The notes beneath the pieces were generated by a model that was given only the letters and a program-made list of their open reading frames with translations, had not been told where the DNA came from and did no database searches. The translations under genes were made by a program, and so were the position numbers. A stretch of 64,000 bases of DNA from an uncultured Hyphomonadaceae bacterium. Lineage in GTDB: Bacteria > Pseudomonadota > Alphaproteobacteria > Caulobacterales > Hyphomonadaceae. Shown piece after piece: positions 1 to 9,794 of this stretch. Position 1 is the stretch's first letter. Every line of letters begins with the position of its first letter. Location of the stretch: positions 18,932-82,931 of the forward strand of contig CAZBKM010000006.1 of assembly GCA_964492485.1 (NCBI GenBank), given 5' to 3'.

Positions 1-2178
1 CTGCAGGCCCAGTAGCATCGGGCCGAGCACCGTCCCCCCACCCATGGCATCCAGCAGCTTGGTGGAGATCGACGCGGAATGGATCGCCGGCATGATCAGC
101 ACATTCGCCGGCCCGGTCAGCCTGGAGAAGGGGTAGACGAGCTTGTGGTTCGGATTGAGCGCCACATCGGCATTGATGTCGCCCTCATACTCGAAATCCA
201 CATCGGTACGCTGGTCCAGGATGGAAACCGCCTCGCGCACCTTCTCGATCCGTTCGCCCATCGGATTGCCGAAGGTCGAATAGGACAGCAGCGCCACACG
301 CGGCGTGAAGCCCAGGGCACGAACGGCGCGGGCGGCCTCGCAGGCGATGGACGCGATCTTCGGCCCGTCGGGAAGCTCCTCCACGCTGGTGTCGGCGATG
401 AAGACCGTATGGCCGCGTCCGATCACCATGGACATGCCGATGACCGGCTGGCCCGGCACCGTGTCGAGCACCAGTCGGGCATCTTCCAGCGCCACATTGT
501 AGTTCCGGGTGACGCCGGTCACCATGCCGTCGGCATCGCCCAAGGCCAGCATGCATGAGCCGAAGACGTTCCGATCCTGGTTCACCAGTCTTTGCACGTC
601 GCGCTTGAGATACCCCTCTCGCTTCAACCTGTCATAGAGATAATCGGTATAGTCGGGATTGCGGTCCGACAGGCGGGCATTGACCACCTTCAGCGCATCG
701 GCGGGGACGCCCATCTGCGCCATCGCCGCCTGCACCCGCTCCTCGCGTCCGATCAGGATCGGATCGCCGAGACCCTGGTTCTTGAACGACCAGGCTGCGC
801 GGACGACCACCGGCTCCTCGCCCTCGGCAAACACGATGCGGCGCTGGTTGGCGCGCACCGCACTCTGCAGGGCCTGCATGAAGGATGCGGTGGGATCCTG
901 GCGCCGCGCCAGCGCATGGCGATAGGCCTCCATATCCTCGATCGGCTTGCGCGCCACGCCCGTATCCATGGCGGCCTGGGCCACGAAGGGCGGCACGAAG
1001 GTGATCAGGCGCGGATCGAACGGCGTCGGGATGATGTAATCGCGGCCGAATTGCGGGCGGGAGCCATGATAGGCGGCCGCCACCTCGTCGGGCACGTCCT
1101 CGCGGGCGAGTTCCGCCAGCGCCTGGGCGGCGGCGACCTTCATTTCCTCGTTGATGCCGCGGGCCCGAACGTCCAGCGCACCCCGGAAGATGTAGGGAAA
1201 TCCCAGCACATTGTTGACCTGGTTGGGATAATCGGACCGCCCGGTGGCAATGATCGCATCGTCGCGCACCGACTTGATCTCCTCCGGCGTGATCTCCGGA
1301 TCGGGATTGGCCATGGCGAAGATGATCGGATCGGGCGCCATGGCGGCGACCATGTCACGCGACATCGCCCCCTTGACCGACAGACCGAGGAAACAGTCGG
1401 CCCCCTCGAGCGCCTCCGCGAGGGTCCGCTTCTCGGTCTTCACGGCGAAGGCGGACTTGAACTGGTCCATGCCGTCGGTACGCCCCTCATAGACCACCCC
1501 GCGGCGGTCGCACATCAGGATGTTCTCGGGCTTCACGCCAAGATGGCGGATCAGGCCGGCCACCGACAGACCGGCGGCGCCCGCACCGGAGACGGCCACG
1601 GTCAGATCCTCGATCCGGCGGCCGGTAATGTGGCAGGCGTTGATGATGCCGGCTGCGGCGATGATCGCGGTGCCATGCTGGTCGTCGTGGAAGACGGGAA
1701 TGTCCAGTTCCTCGCGCAGCCGGGTCTCGATGACGAAGCATTCCGGCGAGGCGATGTCTTCAAGATTGATCCCGCCGAACGTCGCGCCGATCGCACGGAC
1801 GGTCCGGCAGAATTCCTCCGTATCCTCGGTGTCCACCTCGATGTCGATCGAATCGACGTCGGCGAAGCGCTTGAAGAGGACCGACTTGCCCTCCATCACA
1901 GGCTTCGAGGCCATGGCGCCGAGATTGCCCAGCCCGAGAATGGCCGTGCCGTTGGAAATCACGGCGACCATGTTGCCCTTGGCCGTGTAGTCGTAGGCGA
2001 GGTCCGGGTCCTCCGCGATGGCCTTGACGGGGACTGCCACGCCCGGGCTGTAAGCCAGCGACAGGTCGCGCTGCGTCGCCATAGGCTTGGTCGGCGTCAC
2101 CGAAAGCTTGCCCGGACGCGGAAACGCGTGGAAGTCCAGGGCTTCCTGATCGGTGAAACTGGGTCTCTTTGTTGTCAT
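1..2178 (-). CDS. maeB: NADP-dependent malic enzyme (malic enzyme domain + phosphate-acetyltransferase-like domain); C-terminal end cut by window start
   Basis: Absent from the ORF track because no stop lies in the window. My translation of the minus strand from ATG 2178-2176 gives MTTKRPSFTDQEALDFHAFPRPGKLSVTPTKPMATQRDLSLAYSPGVA..., the canonical MaeB N-terminus. The frame stays open to base 1 (726 codons). The listed 592..2193 + ORF is its antisense shadow. Confidence 0.9.
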   Translation of the reverse strand, partial: MTTKRPSFTDQEALDFHAFPRPGKLSVTPTKPMATQRDLSLAYSPGVAVPVKAIAEDPDLAYDYTAKGNMVAVISNGTAILGLGNLGAMASKPVMEGKSVLFKRFADVDSIDIEVDTEDTEEFCRTVRAIGATFGGINLEDIASPECFVIETRLREELDIPVFHDDQHGTAIIAAAGIINACHITGRRIEDLTVAVSGAGAAGLSVAGLIRHLGVKPENILMCDRRGVVYEGRTDGMDQFKSAFAVKTEKRTLAEALEGADCFLGLSVKGAMSRDMVAAMAPDPIIFAMANPDPEITPEEIKSVRDDAIIATGRSDYPNQVNNVLGFPYIFRGALDVRARGINEEMKVAAAQALAELAREDVPDEVAAAYHGSRPQFGRDYIIPTPFDPRLITFVPPFVAQAAMDTGVARKPIEDMEAYRHALARRQDPTASFMQALQSAVRANQRRIVFAEGEEPVVVRAAWSFKNQGLGDPILIGREERVQAAMAQMGVPADALKVVNARLSDRNPDYTDYLYDRLKREGYLKRDVQRLVNQDRNVFGSCMLALGDADGMVTGVTRNYNVALEDARLVLDTVPGQPVIGMSMVIGRGHTVFIADTSVEELPDGPKIASIACEAARAVRALGFTPRVALLSYSTFGNPMGERIEKVREAVSILDQRTDVDFEYEGDINADVALNPNHKLVYPFSRLTGPANVLIMPAIHSASISTKLLDAMGGGTVLGPMLLGLQ

Positions 2179-2328
2179 GGGGCGCGACCTTGAACGCTGG
2201 CAGAACTTGGGTTGGAACGACGGCGACCTTATTGAGGTGCGCGGGCCCCTACAACCCGCAAGTCCGATGCCAGACAGGTTGTCTTGCAGGCCGTTTGCAG
2301 CCAGCAGCCGGCGGGTTAGTCAGGACAC

Positions 2329-5052
2329 ATGAGCGCCGACACGAAACCGTCCGAACCCATGCCCGATCCCGCCGGGGCGACGCCGTTCATGGCGCAGTAT
2401 CTCGAGCTGAAGGCCCGCCATCGCGATGCGCTCCTCTTCTTTCGCATGGGCGACTTTTACGAACTGTTCTTCGAGGACGCCGTCGACGCCGCCGCGATTC
2501 TGGACATCACGCTGACCGCACGCGGCGAGCATGACGGCGCGCCCATCCCCATGGCCGGCGTGCCCTACCATGCTGCCGAATCATATCTGGCACGGCTGAT
2601 TCGTGCCGGTCGCCGCGTGGCGGTGTGCGAACAGATGGAAACGCCGGCCGAGGCGAAGAAGCGCGGCTCGAAGGCGCTCGTGCGCCGCGACGTCGTCCGG
2701 GTGGTGACGCCAGGCACGCTGACCGAGGACACGCTGCTGCCCGCCCGACAGGCCCAAGCGCTGGTCGCCGTGGCGTTCAGCCATGGCGGGAGGGAGGCGG
2801 CCCTTGCGGCGGCCGACGTCTCCACCGGCGCGTTCGATGTCAGGGCCTGCCCGGCCGAGGGGTTGGGCGCGGCGCTGGCGGCCTATCCGGTGAGCGAACT
2901 TCTGATCGCCGACGCGGACCGCGACCGGCCCGCCCTTCGCAGTGCCCGCGAGGCCCTGTCTGCCCCCGTGACCGAGCGCCCCGCCCGCGCGGCGAGCGCG
3001 TCATCGGGGGAGGCGGCGCTGAAGGCTGCGCTGAAGGTGGCCGCCCTCGACGCGTTCGGCACCTTCACCCGCGCCGAACTGGCCGCGTGCGGCCTGCTGC
3101 TCGACTATATCAGCCTGACCCAGGCGGGCGCCGAGATCCGTCTCTCCCCGCCGCGCCGGGATCCACCTGGCCAGTCGCTGGCCATCGACCCCGCGACGCG
3201 CGCCAGCCTGGAGATCGAGACGACGCTGTCCGGCGAACGTGGCGGCAGCCTTATCGCCACCCTGGACCGGACGCGAACCGCCCCGGGTGCAAGGCTTCTC
3301 GCGCGGCGCCTGTCCCAACCGGCCGCACAGGCCGGCGAAATCGAAAGCCGTCTGGATGCCGTCTCCTGGGCGCTGGAGGACGCGGATCTGCGCGCCCGCC
3401 TGCGCGAGACCCTGAAAGCCGCTCCCGATCTGGAACGCGCGCGCACCCGCCTCCAGCTAGGCCGGGGTGGACCGCGCGACCTGGCGGCCGTGGCCGGCGC
3501 GCTCAAGGCGGGGGAAAGCGCGGTGGCAGCGATCGCGCGGCGTCTCGCGCCACCGCCTGCCCGGATCGAGGCCGCCGCGCGTGCCCTTACGCTCAGCGAG
3601 ACCCCGGACCTCGCTCGCCTCGCCGCCGACCTCGACCGGGCGCTGGCGACCGATCCGCCCGTGCTGGTGCGCGACGGCGGCTTCGTGGCGACGGGCTGGG
3701 ACGCCGCGCTCGACGAGGCCCGCAGCCTGCGCGATGACAGCCGGCGGATCATTGCGGGGCTGGAGCGCGACTATGCGGCCGAGACGGGCATTCAGGCGCT
3801 TAAGATCCGCTACAATGCCGTGCTGGGCTATTTCATCGACGTGCCGGCCCGCGCGGCCGAACCGCTGATGCAGGCGCCGCTCAATGCGCGCTTCATCCAC
3901 CGCCAGACCCTGGCGAAGAATGTCCGTTTCTCGACCCGGGACCTGGCCGACCTCGCCGGCCGCATCTCGCGGGCAGAGGAAGAGGCGAAGGCTCGCGAGC
4001 TGGACATCTTCGCCGGCTTCGTGGCCCGTCTGGACGCCCTCTCCGCCCCGCTGGGCGCGGCGGCCGAGGCTCTGGCGGAGCTCGACGTGGCCACCGCGCT
4101 GGCCGAATGGGCCGAGGCGTGCGACGCCGTGCGCCCCATCCTGGCCGACACGCCGGTCTTCGAGGCGGACGGCCTACGTCACCCCGTGGTCGAGGCGGCC
4201 CTGCAAAGGACGGCGAGCGGTTTCACCCCAAACGATCTGGCCCTGGACGCAAGCGGTGCAGCCAACCCCCGGCTGGTCCTGGTGACCGGACCCAACATGG
4301 CCGGAAAGTCGACCTATCTGCGCCAGGCCGCGCTGGCGGTCGTGCTGGCACAGGCCGGCAGCTTCGTCCCGGCGCGACGTCTCAGGCTCGGCCTGGTCGA
4401 CCGGCTGTTCTCGCGCGTGGGGGCGGCCGACGATCTCGCACGGGGACGTTCGACCTTCATGGTGGAAATGGTCGAGACCGCGACGATCCTGACCCAGGCG
4501 ACCGATCGCAGCTTCGTGATCCTGGACGAGGTGGGGCGCGGCACCTCGACCTTTGACGGTCTCGCCATAGCCTGGGCGGCGGTGGAGCATCTCCATGACA
4601 CCAATCGCTGCCGTGCCCTCTTTGCCACGCATTATCATGAGCTGACCGCGCTCGCCGAACGCCTCAAGGCGGGCGCCAATGCCAGCCTGCGCGCCCGGGA
4701 ATGGAAGGACGATCTGATCTTCCTGCATGAGGTGCAGCCTGGCCCGGCCGACCGGTCCTACGGGGTTCAGGTGGCCCGGCTGGCGGGCCTGCCGCGCCGC
4801 GCCGTCGCGCGGGCCGAGGCCATCCTGAAGGAACTGGAGCGCGAGGGTGCCGGGGCCGACGCCCTGCCCCTGTTCGCAGCCGCCCGGCCAGAGCCGGCCG
4901 GGACCGACCCCACTCCGGCGGTTCCGGACCAACCGGCCGATCCGGTGTCGGACCTGCTGCGCGACATCGATCCCGATACGCTCTCCCCCCGCGAGGCGCT
5001 GGACCTGATCTACCGGTGGAAGCAGCAAACGGCGGACGCGGCCCGGCGATAG
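2329..5052 (+). CDS. mutS: DNA mismatch repair protein MutS
   Basis: 907 aa. Has [33 protein letters not shown], Walker [14 protein letters not shown] and [20 protein letters not shown]. Confidence 0.97.
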   Translation: MSADTKPSEPMPDPAGATPFMAQYLELKARHRDALLFFRMGDFYELFFEDAVDAAAILDITLTARGEHDGAPIPMAGVPYHAAESYLARLIRAGRRVAVCEQMETPAEAKKRGSKALVRRDVVRVVTPGTLTEDTLLPARQAQALVAVAFSHGGREAALAAADVSTGAFDVRACPAEGLGAALAAYPVSELLIADADRDRPALRSAREALSAPVTERPARAASASSGEAALKAALKVAALDAFGTFTRAELAACGLLLDYISLTQAGAEIRLSPPRRDPPGQSLAIDPATRASLEIETTLSGERGGSLIATLDRTRTAPGARLLARRLSQPAAQAGEIESRLDAVSWALEDADLRARLRETLKAAPDLERARTRLQLGRGGPRDLAAVAGALKAGESAVAAIARRLAPPPARIEAAARALTLSETPDLARLAADLDRALATDPPVLVRDGGFVATGWDAALDEARSLRDDSRRIIAGLERDYAAETGIQALKIRYNAVLGYFIDVPARAAEPLMQAPLNARFIHRQTLAKNVRFSTRDLADLAGRISRAEEEAKARELDIFAGFVARLDALSAPLGAAAEALAELDVATALAEWAEACDAVRPILADTPVFEADGLRHPVVEAALQRTASGFTPNDLALDASGAANPRLVLVTGPNMAGKSTYLRQAALAVVLAQAGSFVPARRLRLGLVDRLFSRVGAADDLARGRSTFMVEMVETATILTQATDRSFVILDEVGRGTSTFDGLAIAWAAVEHLHDTNRCRALFATHYHELTALAERLKAGANASLRAREWKDDLIFLHEVQPGPADRSYGVQVARLAGLPRRAVARAEAILKELEREGAGADALPLFAAARPEPAGTDPTPAVPDQPADPVSDLLRDIDPDTLSPREALDLIYRWKQQTADAARR

Positions 5053-5092
5053 TCCCGCGCCAAGCGGTGCGACCCGGCCGGCCTCAGGCCCA

Positions 5093-5255
5093 GCGCATCT
5101 TCAAGTCAAACAGAGACCGCGACGATACGCTTTGGTCCGGTTGTCCGGGCATTTTCTTGACGCGAACCGGTACCCACTTCGCTCGAAAATGCTGTGGGTT
5201 CTTGTTCTCAAGCATTTTCTTAACGCGAACCGGTACCCACTTCGCTCGAAAATGC
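5093..5255 (+). repeat. Mosaic intergenic repeat: module B arm + 2 x module A hairpin
   Basis: GCGCATCTTCAAGTCAA at 5093-5109. Two 44-nt units GCATTTTCTT(G/A)ACGCGAACCGGTACCCACTTCGCTCGAAAATGC follow at 5149-5192 and 5212-5255, differing by one substitution with a 63-nt period. The element fills the convergent mutS / aldolase gap. Confidence 0.9.
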
Positions 5256-5256
5256 T

Positions 5257-6273
5257 TCAGACGCCTGCCACGGCGTCGACCTCGTCCTGGGTGGTGGTCC
5301 AGGAACAGACGAAACGATGGGCGCCGCCGGACCACGGAATGAAGCCGATGCCGGCCGCCTCGAGGCGCTGCACAAGCGATGCGGGCAGGACCGTGAACAC
5401 CTCGTTCCCGTCGACGGGATAAAGCAGCGTCACGCCCGGATGGCGACAGAGCGCGCCCGAGAGCGCCCGCGCGCGCGCATTGGCGACGCCGGCAAGCTCC
5501 AGCCATAGACCGTCGGCGAGCAGCGCCCGTCCCTGGGCCGCCAGGTAGCGCATCTTGGGCGGCATCTGGCCGGCACGCTTGGCCCTGGCCCGCAAGTCGG
5601 GCAACAGCCGGCGCGCCCGGCCGAAAAGCAGGATGATCTCGCATCCAAGCGCGCCGGTCTTCGTCAGGCCAAGGGTCAGGACATCCACGCCGGCCTGCCA
5701 GGTCATGGCTGCCGGCGTCTGCCCAGTGGCGACCAGGGCATTGGCCAGACGCGCACCGTCCAGATGGGTCCAGAGCCCGCCGTCGCGGGCCTGCGCCATG
5801 AGCCGGGCCAGCTCTTCCACCGCATAGGCGGTGCCGCACTCGGTCAGATTGGTCAGCGACAGGACATGCGCCGGGGTGGCGTGGACGAAGCCGGGATCGA
5901 TCGCGTCGAGCGCACCGTCGAGCGTGTCGGGCATGAGCTTGCCCGCAGGGCCGTCCAGAAGCTGCAACTTGCCGCCACCGGTGTAGAATTCCGGCGCGCC
6001 ACGCTCATCATTGGCGATATGGGCCTCGCGGTGACAGAGGATGGCGCCCGTCGGCGGGCACAGCACCGACAGGGCAAGGGCATTGGCCGCCGTGCCCGAT
6101 GCCACGGGCCAGGCGTCGAAATCGTCGGTGGCGAACGTTTCAGCGAGCTGGCTGTGCAGTGCCTGCATCTCCGCATCGCCGCCATAGCTGGGCGCAACCC
6201 CTGCATTGGCAGCCAACAGCGCGTCGAGACAGGCGCGATGGGCCGGGGCCGACGTGTCGGACGTGAAACTCAT
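5257..6273 (-). CDS. Threonine aldolase / beta-eliminating lyase family PLP enzyme
   Basis: Start taken at ATG 6273 (MSFTSDTSAPAH...), which forms an ATGA overlap with the upstream SDR stop. SGTAANALAL and LGLTKTG (PLP-lysine context) resemble low-specificity L-threonine aldolases. Confidence 0.75.
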   Translation of the reverse strand: MSFTSDTSAPAHRACLDALLAANAGVAPSYGGDAEMQALHSQLAETFATDDFDAWPVASGTAANALALSVLCPPTGAILCHREAHIANDERGAPEFYTGGGKLQLLDGPAGKLMPDTLDGALDAIDPGFVHATPAHVLSLTNLTECGTAYAVEELARLMAQARDGGLWTHLDGARLANALVATGQTPAAMTWQAGVDVLTLGLTKTGALGCEIILLFGRARRLLPDLRARAKRAGQMPPKMRYLAAQGRALLADGLWLELAGVANARARALSGALCRHPGVTLLYPVDGNEVFTVLPASLVQRLEAAGIGFIPWSGGAHRFVCSWTTTQDEVDAVAGV

Positions 6274-7034
6274 CAGAGCATCGCGTCCGGCGTTTGCCAC
6301 ATCAGATGCTGCCCGCCATCGCAGGCGATCATCTCACCCGTGACGCTTTCCGCCGCGATCAGGAAAAGCAGCGCCCGCACGATCTCGTCGGGGCTGGCAC
6401 CCTCACCCGTCAGGGTCGCTGCGCGTTCGGCGGCGAAGTCGGCCTCGCTCTGGTGAACGTTGCGAAGGGTCGGCCCCGGCGCGATGGCATTGACGCGGAT
6501 GGACGGCGCCAGCGCCTGTGCCAGCGTCTGCGTCGCCGCCCAGAGGGCGGCCTTGGACAGGGCGTAGGTGAAGAAACGCGGGGTGGGCTTGCGCACGCGC
6601 TGGTCGACCAGGTTCACCACCAGACCGGGCGTGCCGGCCGGCACCGTGTTTGCCAGCGCCTGGGCCAGTCGGATCGGGGCGCGGAGATTGGGCTCCATGT
6701 GGTGGTCCCACTGCGCGCGCGTGTGACCTGCGGCGGTGTCATCGTCGAAGGTCGAGGCAGAGTTGACGAGCAGCGTGACCGGTCCACCGAGCGCGTCGCA
6801 GGCCTCGGGCATCAGGGCCGCGGTCTGTGTCTCGACGGCCAGATCGGCCCGGAGCGCGACGGCGGTTCCGCCTGCGGCCCGGATCGCGGCAACGACGGCC
6901 TCGGCCTCGCTGGCGGACCGGTTGTAATGCACGCCCACGGCCCATCCGCGCGCAGCCAGCGCTTCGGCCATGGCGCGGCCGAGACGCTTGCCGGCGCCGG
7001 TCACAAGGGCGCGCCCGGGGGTCAGTTCAGCCAT
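6273..7034 (-). CDS. SDR family oxidoreductase (pteridine-reductase-like)
   Basis: Start at MAELTPGRALVTGAGKRLGRAMAEALA (Rossmann TGxxxxxG). Has catalytic YALSKAAL. The longer ORF in the track (to 7157) overlaps the antiporter gene. Confidence 0.8.
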   Translation of the reverse strand: MAELTPGRALVTGAGKRLGRAMAEALAARGWAVGVHYNRSASEAEAVVAAIRAAGGTAVALRADLAVETQTAALMPEACDALGGPVTLLVNSASTFDDDTAAGHTRAQWDHHMEPNLRAPIRLAQALANTVPAGTPGLVVNLVDQRVRKPTPRFFTYALSKAALWAATQTLAQALAPSIRVNAIAPGPTLRNVHQSEADFAAERAATLTGEGASPDEIVRALLFLIAAESVTGEMIACDGGQHLMWQTPDAML

Positions 7035-8022
7035 GGCCGACAAATGCCAGGAAATTCCAGCGCTGCAACAGACCGTAGACGTAGAGGGCATAGAGCAGGA
7101 GGAGGGCGACGCCCGCCAGCCGCGTGATGCGCCCTCGCAGATAGATGAGCCCGGCAAGCGTCAGCGTGGCCGCCGCCAGCGCCCAATGGTCGTAGCGCAC
7201 GAACGTCTCGGTGATGCGGATCGGATTGCCGTCGGGGCCGTTGAAGAAGGCGATGATCCCCCCTGCCGCAAGAAGATTGAACAGGTTGGAGCCGAGCACG
7301 TTGCCGACGATCACGGCGTTGCGCCCCTTGAGCGCCGCAGCCATGCCCGCGCCGATCTCCGGCAGGCTTGTCCCCACCGCGAGCAGCGTCAGGCCGATGA
7401 TCTCCTCGCGTACGTCGAGCAGACGGGCGATCCCCACGCCGCCGTCCACGATCAGGTGCGCGCCCAGCGGCAAGCCGATCAGGCCGATCAGGACATAGAC
7501 AAGCCCGCGCACCACACCGAGGTCGGGCAGGTCATCGTCCACGCCCACATCGACGCCGCGCCGGGCGGCCCGGGCCGTTACGCGGAACGTGTAGACGGCA
7601 TAGCCGACGAGGGCGAGCAGGAAGGCGGCGCCCACGCCGGCATGCAGCGGTGAAAGCCCGGTGATGACGATCCAGGCGAGGGTCGCCACCAGAACGGCGG
7701 TCACCGCCCTGCGTTCGCCATACATGCCCGTGACCACCGGCGCGAGGAGCGCCGGCAGCCCGAGAACCAGCCAGACATTGGCGATGTTGGAACCAACGAT
7801 GTTGCCGAGCGACAGCGCCGGATACCCCTCGATCGCGGCGTCGACGGCCACGATCATTTCCGGTGCAGAGGTGCCGAAACCGACGATGAAGATCCCCGCC
7901 ACGAGCGGCGACAGGCCGAGCCGCCGCGTCACGGAGACCGCGCCGCCCACGAGCAGATCCCCGGACACGACCAGGATCACCAGCCCGCCGACAAGGGCCG
8001 CGAGAAGGCTGAGTTCGGTCAA
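7027..8022 (-). CDS. Ca2+/Na+ antiporter, CaCA (YrbG-like) family
   Basis: Polytopic membrane protein with the two alpha-repeat signatures GFGTSAPE and AVGTSLPE. The predicted start codon is TTG. Confidence 0.85.
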   Translation of the reverse strand: MTELSLLAALVGGLVILVVSGDLLVGGAVSVTRRLGLSPLVAGIFIVGFGTSAPEMIVAVDAAIEGYPALSLGNIVGSNIANVWLVLGLPALLAPVVTGMYGERRAVTAVLVATLAWIVITGLSPLHAGVGAAFLLALVGYAVYTFRVTARAARRGVDVGVDDDLPDLGVVRGLVYVLIGLIGLPLGAHLIVDGGVGIARLLDVREEIIGLTLLAVGTSLPEIGAGMAAALKGRNAVIVGNVLGSNLFNLLAAGGIIAFFNGPDGNPIRITETFVRYDHWALAAATLTLAGLIYLRGRITRLAGVALLLLYALYVYGLLQRWNFLAFVGHG

Positions 8023-8037
8023 GGCGGGGGTCCGGGT

Positions 8038-8118
8038 CTAGTCGAGCCGTTTCAGATCAATCAGGTTTAGGAGCGCAAAGAGCAGAACGACAGAGCCGAT
8101 CGCAATCAGGGCGTACAT
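8038..8118 (-). CDS. Candidate 26-aa single-TM small protein (not in ORF track)
   Basis: Own translation gives MYALIAIGSVVLLFALLNLIDLKRLD*. GGGAAGGAAG lies 3 nt upstream of the ATG. The TAG stop is in frame with the antiporter TTG start and 5 codons upstream of it. Confidence 0.45.
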   Translation of the reverse strand: MYALIAIGSVVLLFALLNLIDLKRLD

Positions 8119-8216
8119 GGTCTTCCTTCCCGGAACCGCGTGAGTCTGGCACGTGCCATAGCGCCCCTCGCCCGGCTTGGCGAGAGGCAGACGCCGAAAA
8201 CCGGAGGCCGGGGACG

Positions 8217-8675
8217 ATGTCGAGGATAAGAAACCGCCTGTTCCAGTCCTGGTTCAGACTTCGTCGCCCGATGACGCTGGGTGTCCGCGGCCTCGTGGTG
8301 CGCGAGGATGGCCAGATCCTGCTGGTGCGACATACCTATGTGCCAGGCCTGTTTCTTCCCGGCGGCGGCGTGGAGAGGGGCGAAACGGTCGAGACCGCGC
8401 TGGACCGGGAGCTGCGCGAGGAGGCCGGTGTGGCGCTGCACGGCTCACCGGTGCTCGCCGGCGTGTTCTCCAATCACCTGAACTTTCCCAACGACCACGT
8501 GATTCTCTACCGTGTAACGCCGGACGCCTGGACCCCCTGCCCGACCGACAATGCCGGAGAGATCGCCGAACTCGTCTGGTGCGATCCTGCCGGCCCGCCG
8601 GAGGACGTGACCCCGGGAACACGACGCCGCCTTGCCGAACATGTCGCCGGACGGTCGGGCGCGGGGCACTGGTAG
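8217..8675 (+). CDS. NUDIX hydrolase
   Basis: Nudix box GGGVERGETVETALDRELREEAG. GGAGG lies upstream of the ATG. Confidence 0.85.
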   Translation: MSRIRNRLFQSWFRLRRPMTLGVRGLVVREDGQILLVRHTYVPGLFLPGGGVERGETVETALDRELREEAGVALHGSPVLAGVFSNHLNFPNDHVILYRVTPDAWTPCPTDNAGEIAELVWCDPAGPPEDVTPGTRRRLAEHVAGRSGAGHW

Positions 8676-8697
8676 CCGCGATCGGTCGGCGGCGGAC

Positions 8698-8712
8698 TTA
8701 ACCGCATCTTAA
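8698..8712. promoter_or_regulatory. CtrA-box-like motif TTAA-N7-TTAA
   Basis: TTAACCGCATCTTAA read directly. It lies in the convergent gap between the Nudix gene and pgsA. Confidence 0.25.
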
Positions 8713-8840
8713 GCTCAACGCGTTTACGTGTGACGCTGACGGGGTCCCCCTCCCGTCTCCGTATGACGGGACGCCATCCCTTTCCCCCTCGCAGGCGACC
8801 TGTCACGTGTTGGGCGGTCGCTCCCCCGGGAGCGGCCGCT

Positions 8841-9425
8841 TCACGTCCGGGCACCGCCGCGAAACGTCCGCCAATAGCCCCAGCCCGTCCAGACCGACAA
8901 CCCGGCCGCCAGCCAGAGAAGTCCGAGGCCAAGCGGCGGTGGGCCGTCTGCCGGCGCGCCAAGCTCGGGTGGCACGGCACCGGGCAGCAGCAGAAGTCCG
9001 ATTGCGCCCAGTTCCAGCCCGGTCTTCCATTTCGCCAGGCCCGTGACCGGCAAGGCCCGACCGCCGCCCTGGCGCCGGCGCAACAGGGTGACGCCCACAT
9101 CGCGGGCCATGATCGCAAGGGCGGGAAGGGCCAGAAGCACGCCATGGCCGCCGGTCAGGACCAGCGCGGCGAGCACGAGACCCACCAGCAGCTTGTCGGC
9201 AATCGGATCGAGCCAGGCGCCAAACGCACTCTCGGCGTTCAACTGGCGCGCCGCCCAGCCATCCAGCAGATCCGTCGCCGCTGCGGCCAGGAACATCCAG
9301 AAGGCGGCCGCCGTGGCGGGCGACTGCGGGCCCCCCCAACTGACGACCAGGGACGCCGCGATCGCCACGGCGAGACCGCACCGCGCAAGCGTCAGGCCAT
9401 TGGGAAGCCAGGTTGGCGGTGCCAC
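8841..9425 (-). CDS. pgsA: CDP-diacylglycerol--glycerol-3-phosphate 3-phosphatidyltransferase
   Basis: CDP-alcohol phosphatidyltransferase motif [27 protein letters not shown]. Multi-TM protein. Confidence 0.85.
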   Translation of the reverse strand: MAPPTWLPNGLTLARCGLAVAIAASLVVSWGGPQSPATAAAFWMFLAAAATDLLDGWAARQLNAESAFGAWLDPIADKLLVGLVLAALVLTGGHGVLLALPALAIMARDVGVTLLRRRQGGGRALPVTGLAKWKTGLELGAIGLLLLPGAVPPELGAPADGPPPLGLGLLWLAAGLSVWTGWGYWRTFRGGART

Positions 9426-9443
9426 GGCCCGGCGGGTCCCGGT

Positions 9444-9770
9444 CTAGAGGGAGAAGCTGGTGCCGCAGCCGCAGGCTGCCGTGGCATTCGGATTTCGCAC
9501 GGTGAACGCCGCGCCGATCAGTTCGTCGCAAAAGTCGATCTCGGACCCGCGCATGAGTTCAAGGCTCATTTCGTCTATGGCGACGCGAGCGCCATCCCGC
9601 TCGATCACAAGGTCATCCTCGTTCACACTGTCGGTCAGGTCGAACCTGTAGGAAAACCCGGAACACCCGCCACCCTCGATCGAGACGCGCAGCAAGGCGG
9701 CTTCCGGCTTTCGGGCCAGAATCGCCTTAATCCTTCGGGCAGCGGCTTCAGACACAGTAACTTCGCTCAT
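9444..9770 (-). CDS. erpA: Iron-sulfur cluster insertion protein (HesB/IscA/ErpA family)
   Basis: GGGCSGFSY and C-terminal CGCGTSF. Start is ATG at 9770, or alternatively GTG at 9776. Confidence 0.9.
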   Translation of the reverse strand: MSEVTVSEAAARRIKAILARKPEAALLRVSIEGGGCSGFSYRFDLTDSVNEDDLVIERDGARVAIDEMSLELMRGSEIDFCDELIGAAFTVRNPNATAACGCGTSFSL

Positions 9771-9794
9771 GGGCACAACATAGGAGATGCCGAG

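Noticed and set aside
592-2193. 533-aa plus-strand ORF, and the other ORFs listed in 79..2193
   Set aside because: It is the antisense shadow of maeB. The minus strand gives an unmistakable malic-enzyme sequence, whereas this ORF is Arg/Gly/His/Leu-rich with no recognisable motif.
5084-5342. Short ORFs encoding FRAKWVPVRVKKM, FQAKWGPVRRPEA or FQAKWIPVRRPE-type peptides (also at 44977..45145, 53671..53959 and 57175..57396)
   Set aside because: These are translations of the module A hairpin repeat. They occur in both orientations, lack start and SD context, and the conservation is at the nucleotide and stem level.
8730-9794. N-terminal 355 codons of the 8730..10982 ORF
   Set aside because: This part runs antisense through pgsA and erpA. 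The dGTPase homology only begins near 9795, where a GTG with an AGGAG sits.
9771-9794. Very short (about 24 bp) divergent gap between erpA and the dGTPase gene as a sign of mis-annotation
   Set aside because: Both N-termini match the lengths expected for their families. Promoters embedded in the neighbouring coding regions are plausible, so nothing further could be supported.
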